From Abditibacteriaceae bacterium (lineage in GTDB: Bacteria; Armatimonadota; Abditibacteriia; Abditibacteriales; Abditibacteriaceae), in the NCBI GenBank assembly GCA_031372065.1, contig JANMKN010000215.1, positions 1 to 31,719 of the forward strand: a stretch of DNA of 31,719 nt. The letters run 5' to 3'. Position 1 is the stretch's first letter; every line of letters begins with the position of its first letter. Positions 28,487 through 31,719 of this stretch are shown here, one piece after another. The position numbers were made by a program, and so were the translations under genes. The notes below the pieces were generated by a model, which saw only the letters and a program-made list of their open reading frames with translations, was not told the origin of the DNA and searched no databases.

Positions 28487-29060
28487 TTTTCTCGACGACA
28501 TTCGTATCGCCACGCCGTGCCCTGCTTCGTGGGATGCGATGAAAGGCGACGATCAAGTGCGCTTTTGCCAGACGTGCGAGAAAAATGCCTTCAACATTTC
28601 GCTGATGACGCGACAAGAAGCCGAAGCACTGATTTTGGCGAAAGAAGGCCATTTGTGCGTGCGATTAGCACGGCGCGCAGACGGCACGATTATCACCGAT
28701 GATTGTCCGGTTGGAACCATCGCGCCGCGTTTTGTGCATCAACCGTGGCAAACCGTGCGCTACTTCGCGGCTGTGGCGTTAGCGGTTTTGGTGGCTGTCG
28801 TCACTGGCGAAGCGAAAACTGTGAAGCAAGTCAAGAAATACGCCACGCACGCGAAGAAAAAAGCTGCTGTTGAGTCACATTACCCCATACCCGGCAACAT
28901 CAGTTTTCCGATGCCAACCTCGACCCCAACTCCGCGCCCGATTACGATTATTCGCGGCATCGAACGCAAAAATGAACCTTCCAAGGGCAAAACGGAACAA
29001 ACTAAAGTGCAGCCGAAAGTGATTCATGTGGCACAGCCGAAAAAACCGGCAGACCGCTAA
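28467..29060 (+). CDS. Five-Cys domain + TM + Pro/Lys-rich tail protein, copy 3
   Basis: IATPCPASWDAM..RFCQTCEKNAFNIS..LCVR..RADGTIITDDCP; GTG start with AAGGGG RBS, overlapping copy 2. Confidence 0.85.
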   Translation: MQTQPNNFLDDIRIATPCPASWDAMKGDDQVRFCQTCEKNAFNISLMTRQEAEALILAKEGHLCVRLARRADGTIITDDCPVGTIAPRFVHQPWQTVRYFAAVALAVLVAVVTGEAKTVKQVKKYATHAKKKAAVESHYPIPGNISFPMPTSTPTPRPITIIRGIERKNEPSKGKTEQTKVQPKVIHVAQPKKPADR

Positions 29061-29070
29061 CGGAGGAGTT

Positions 29071-29577
29071 ATGCCAGTTACGATTCGCTTGAATGATATT
29101 CAAATTGCAACGCCGTGCCGCGCCGATTGGAACAAAATGCAAGTGCGCGATGAGAGCGGCGGCGTGCGCCATTGCCAATCGTGCGACAAGAACGTTTACA
29201 ACCTTTCCATGATGAGCCGCGCTGACGCCCTTGCGCTGATTCAGCAACACGAAGGCGAAATGTGCGTGCGCTTGGCGCGCCGCGCCGATGGCACGCTGAT
29301 AACCAATGATTGTCCCGTTGGCCTTCAAAGCAAAATGCGTCGTCGTCGCGGTTGGACAATGGCGGCGATTTTGGCCGCTTTGATTCCGTCGCCGCTTTCG
29401 GCCATGCTCAAACGCGCCAGCGCCGCCACTTTGCGCGTCGTGCCCGTGTTTTCCACATTGGAAAAATCGCCTGCTGGCGAAAAATTCTTTAACTGGCTTG
29501 ATCCACAAGATTCAGAATTAATGGGAGGTTTGGTTTTTTTGCCGCCGCCCAATACTCAATCAGGAGGTAAGTCATGA
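29071..29577 (+). CDS. Five-Cys domain + TM protein, copy 4
   Basis: IATPCRADWNKM..RHCQSCDKNVYNLS..MCVR..RADGTLITNDCP; ATG 29071 after GGAGGAG. Confidence 0.85.
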   Translation: MPVTIRLNDIQIATPCRADWNKMQVRDESGGVRHCQSCDKNVYNLSMMSRADALALIQQHEGEMCVRLARRADGTLITNDCPVGLQSKMRRRRGWTMAAILAALIPSPLSAMLKRASAATLRVVPVFSTLEKSPAGEKFFNWLDPQDSELMGGLVFLPPPNTQSGGKS

Positions 29578-30086
29578 CATCACAAAATCCGCTCGACAAT
29601 CTGACCATCGCTAACCCGTGCCGCGCCAATTGGGACGCGATGGAATGGCAGGATAACGAAGGCCGCGTGCGCCATTGCCGCAGTTGCCAGAAGAACGTTT
29701 ATAACGTTTCGATGATGAGTGGCGCGGAAGCCAATGATTTCTTGAGGCGTCACGAAAGCGAACTTTATGAACGCCAATTATGCGTGCGCTTTGCGCGACG
29801 CGACGATGGCACCATCATCACCGGCGATTGCCCTATTGGAAAAAACGAAATGCGACGCACGCGCGGAATGTTCGCTACGATTTTGGCTCTTTTCTTTTTG
29901 GCGATTCCCAGCCCGGCAGCACGAGCCTTTCGCCGAATGACAGTGTGGACGTTTCGCCACGTTCCACCCTTGGCGCTGTTGGAAGAAACTTCAGTAGGCA
30001 AAGACGTTTTCACTTGGCTGAATAAGCCGGAGCCGCCTGCACATCATCAGTCTTTTAGCGCTGGTGCAGCAGCAATGAACAACTAA
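29574..30086 (+). CDS. Five-Cys domain + TM protein, copy 5
   Basis: IANPCRANWDAM..RHCRSCQKNVYNVS..LCVR..RDDGTIITGDCP; ATGA overlap with copy 4. Confidence 0.85.
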   Translation: MTSQNPLDNLTIANPCRANWDAMEWQDNEGRVRHCRSCQKNVYNVSMMSGAEANDFLRRHESELYERQLCVRFARRDDGTIITGDCPIGKNEMRRTRGMFATILALFFLAIPSPAARAFRRMTVWTFRHVPPLALLEETSVGKDVFTWLNKPEPPAHHQSFSAGAAAMNN

Positions 30087-30090
30087 AACC

Positions 30091-30369
30091 ATGACGACCT
30101 TGCTGGAAACTCACAACTCAAAAACGCAAAGGGAGATTCGACGCACTAAAGCTATGCTTGTCATAATCGCGGCGCTTTTCTTTTTGGCGATTCCCAGCCC
30201 AGCAGCACGAGCCTTTCGCCGCATGACAGTGTGGACACTTCGTCATGTTCCACCTTTAGCGCTATTGGAAGAAACTTCTGTCGGCAAAAAAACATTTGCT
30301 TGGCTGAATAAGCCGGAACCTCATTCACGCGACTTCTGTTCTTGCAGCACCAACCAACTAAACAACTAA
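30091..30369 (+). CDS. Truncated duplicate of copy 5 C-terminal half (no Cys domain), starting with mqnC-like MTTL
   Basis: Shares ALFFLAIPSPAARAFRRMTVWT.RHVPPLALLEETSVGK..F.WLNKPEP with copy 5. Confidence 0.7.
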   Translation: MTTLLETHNSKTQREIRRTKAMLVIIAALFFLAIPSPAARAFRRMTVWTLRHVPPLALLEETSVGKKTFAWLNKPEPHSRDFCSCSTNQLNN

Positions 30370-30373
30370 AACC

Positions 30374-31579
30374 ATGACGACCTTGCAGCAAATCACTCCG
30401 CACTCCGCACTCCCCATTCCGCATTCAATTGACGACCTCGCCGCCAAGGTTTTCGCAGGCGAGCGATTGTCGTTCGAGGACGGATTGCGCTTGATGCAGC
30501 ATCCGAATTTGAACGAACTGGGAATGTTAGCCGATTATGTGCGGCAAAAGCAAAATCCGGGGCGCGTTGTCACTTACATCGCCGGACGAAACATCAATTA
30601 CACCAACGTTTGCTGGGTGCAATGCAAGTTCTGCGCGTTTTACGACACGCCCAAAAGCGGGCGCGGCTACACGCTTTCCAAAGAAACGATTTTTCAGAAA
30701 ATTCAGGAAATGGTTGACCTTGGCGGCATCGAAATCCTGCTGCAAGGCGGCCTCAATCCGAAACTAAAAATTGACTACTACGAAGATTTGTTTTCTTCGA
30801 TCAAGCAAAAATTTCCGCAAGTTTTGCTGCACGCTCTTAGCGTCGCGGAAATTCTCTACATCGCCAAAATCTCGCGTTTAAGCCTTGAAGAAACACTGAC
30901 GCGTTTGCGCGCGGCGGGGCAAGATACCATCCCCGGCGCGGGCGCTGAAATGTTAGTTGACCGCGTGCGCAATTTCATCGCGCCGTATAAAGACACCACC
31001 GACGAATGGCTCGATACCATGAAGTTGTGGCACCGTTTGGGCGGCTATTCGACGGTCACGATGATGTATGGCACTGTGGAAACAACCGAAGAACGCCTCG
31101 AACACATTTTGCGCGCCCGCGAAGCGCAAGACGAAAGTTTGGCGCACGGCAAAGGCAGCTTTACCGCCTTTATCGCGTGGAATTTCCAGCCCGATGGCAC
31201 GCCCCTCGGCGAAGAGTTGTCAGGGGTCAGGGGTCAGGGGTCAGATCTAATTTCACTGACCGATTCTGACCACCGACCACCGACCACCGACCACTGGAAA
31301 AAAGCGACTGGATTCGATTATTTGCGCACTATCGCGGTGGCGCGGCTGCTGCTCGACAACATTCCGCATCATCAGGCCAGTTGGGTGACGCAAGGGCCGA
31401 AAATCGCGCAAATCGGGCTGAATTTCGGCCTTGATGATTTCGGTTCGACGATGATGGAAGAAAATGTCGTTTCGGCAGCCGGAACGGATTTTGTCATGCC
31501 CATTTCCGAAATCGAACGCCTCATTATCGAAGCCGGTTACGAGCCGCGCAAGCGTAACACGCTTTATCAATTGGTGTAA
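30374..31579 (+). CDS. mqnC: Cyclic dehypoxanthinyl futalosine synthase MqnC (radical SAM)
   Basis: RNINYTNVCWVQCKFCAF, ILLQGG, IPGAGAE, FTAFIAWNFQ, QASWVTQG, DDFGSTMMEENVVSAAG. Confidence 0.92.
   Translation: MTTLQQITPHSALPIPHSIDDLAAKVFAGERLSFEDGLRLMQHPNLNELGMLADYVRQKQNPGRVVTYIAGRNINYTNVCWVQCKFCAFYDTPKSGRGYTLSKETIFQKIQEMVDLGGIEILLQGGLNPKLKIDYYEDLFSSIKQKFPQVLLHALSVAEILYIAKISRLSLEETLTRLRAAGQDTIPGAGAEMLVDRVRNFIAPYKDTTDEWLDTMKLWHRLGGYSTVTMMYGTVETTEERLEHILRAREAQDESLAHGKGSFTAFIAWNFQPDGTPLGEELSGVRGQGSDLISLTDSDHRPPTTDHWKKATGFDYLRTIAVARLLLDNIPHHQASWVTQGPKIAQIGLNFGLDDFGSTMMEENVVSAAGTDFVMPISEIERLIIEAGYEPRKRNTLYQLV
30394..30426. repeat. Heptamer repeat (CACTCCG-like) in 5' end of mqnC
   Basis: cactccg cactccg cactccc cattccg cattc; encodes TPHSALPIPHS. 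Confidence 0.75.
31219..31296. repeat. Inverted heptamer element inserted in frame in mqnC
   Basis: (caggggt)x3 cag ... ctgacca (ccgacca)x3 ctg; encodes SGVRGQGSDLISLTDSDHRPPTTDH. Confidence 0.85.
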
Positions 31580-31719
31580 GAGTCTGTCTTCATGTTCGTG
31601 AATAGAATCATACTGGAGTTGATGAAACGACACAAAAAAGAGATTTACCCCAGTGATTTGAGCGATGCTCAATGGGCGATAGTCGCTCCGGCTTTACGTA
31701 AGGCGACCAAACAACCGGG
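31580..31719 (+). mobile_element. Left end of IS5-family element (IS1031/IS427-like), transposase ORF from 31622 running off the window
   Basis: MKRHKKEIYPSDLSDAQWAIVAPAL..., the YPSDLxDxxW N-terminus typical of IS5-family transposases; GGAG RBS; GAGTCTGT end follows TAA. Confidence 0.8.

Noticed and set aside
22861..31579. RiPP cluster (two radical SAM enzymes flanking Cys-rich 'precursors')
   Set aside because: Both enzymes carry MqnE/MqnC (CofH-family) motifs and lack SPASM/RRE features; the Cys proteins are 170-220 aa with TM helices.
547..31672. Numerous short antisense/alternate-frame ORFs in the track
   Set aside because: They shadow well-supported genes and have no recognisable motifs.

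Overview
Gene-dense bacterial chromosomal window; the gene content suggests an Abditibacteriota/Armatimonadota-like organism, which is inference only. Core genes: riboflavin operon (ribD-ribE-ribBA-ribH), lepA, rmlD, fucI, and the futalosine-pathway radical SAM genes mqnE and mqnC. Accessory genes: a coupled P-loop ATPase + TPR pair, two DUF1559/H-X9-DG prepilin-like paralogs, Uma2, FGE-fold, MBL-fold, a GAF histidine kinase, a JAB/MPN protein and two zinc-ribbon membrane proteins. The most striking part is the ~6 kb between mqnE and mqnC. It holds a macrodomain gene broken by one in-frame TAA, a 12 x 21-bp tandem array, and five paralogs (plus one truncated duplicate) of an uncharacterised five-cysteine domain + membrane helix + variable tail protein. 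Several small palindromic/heptamer element families are scattered through the window, some overlapping stop codons or lying in frame inside housekeeping genes. An IS5-family element begins at the right edge.
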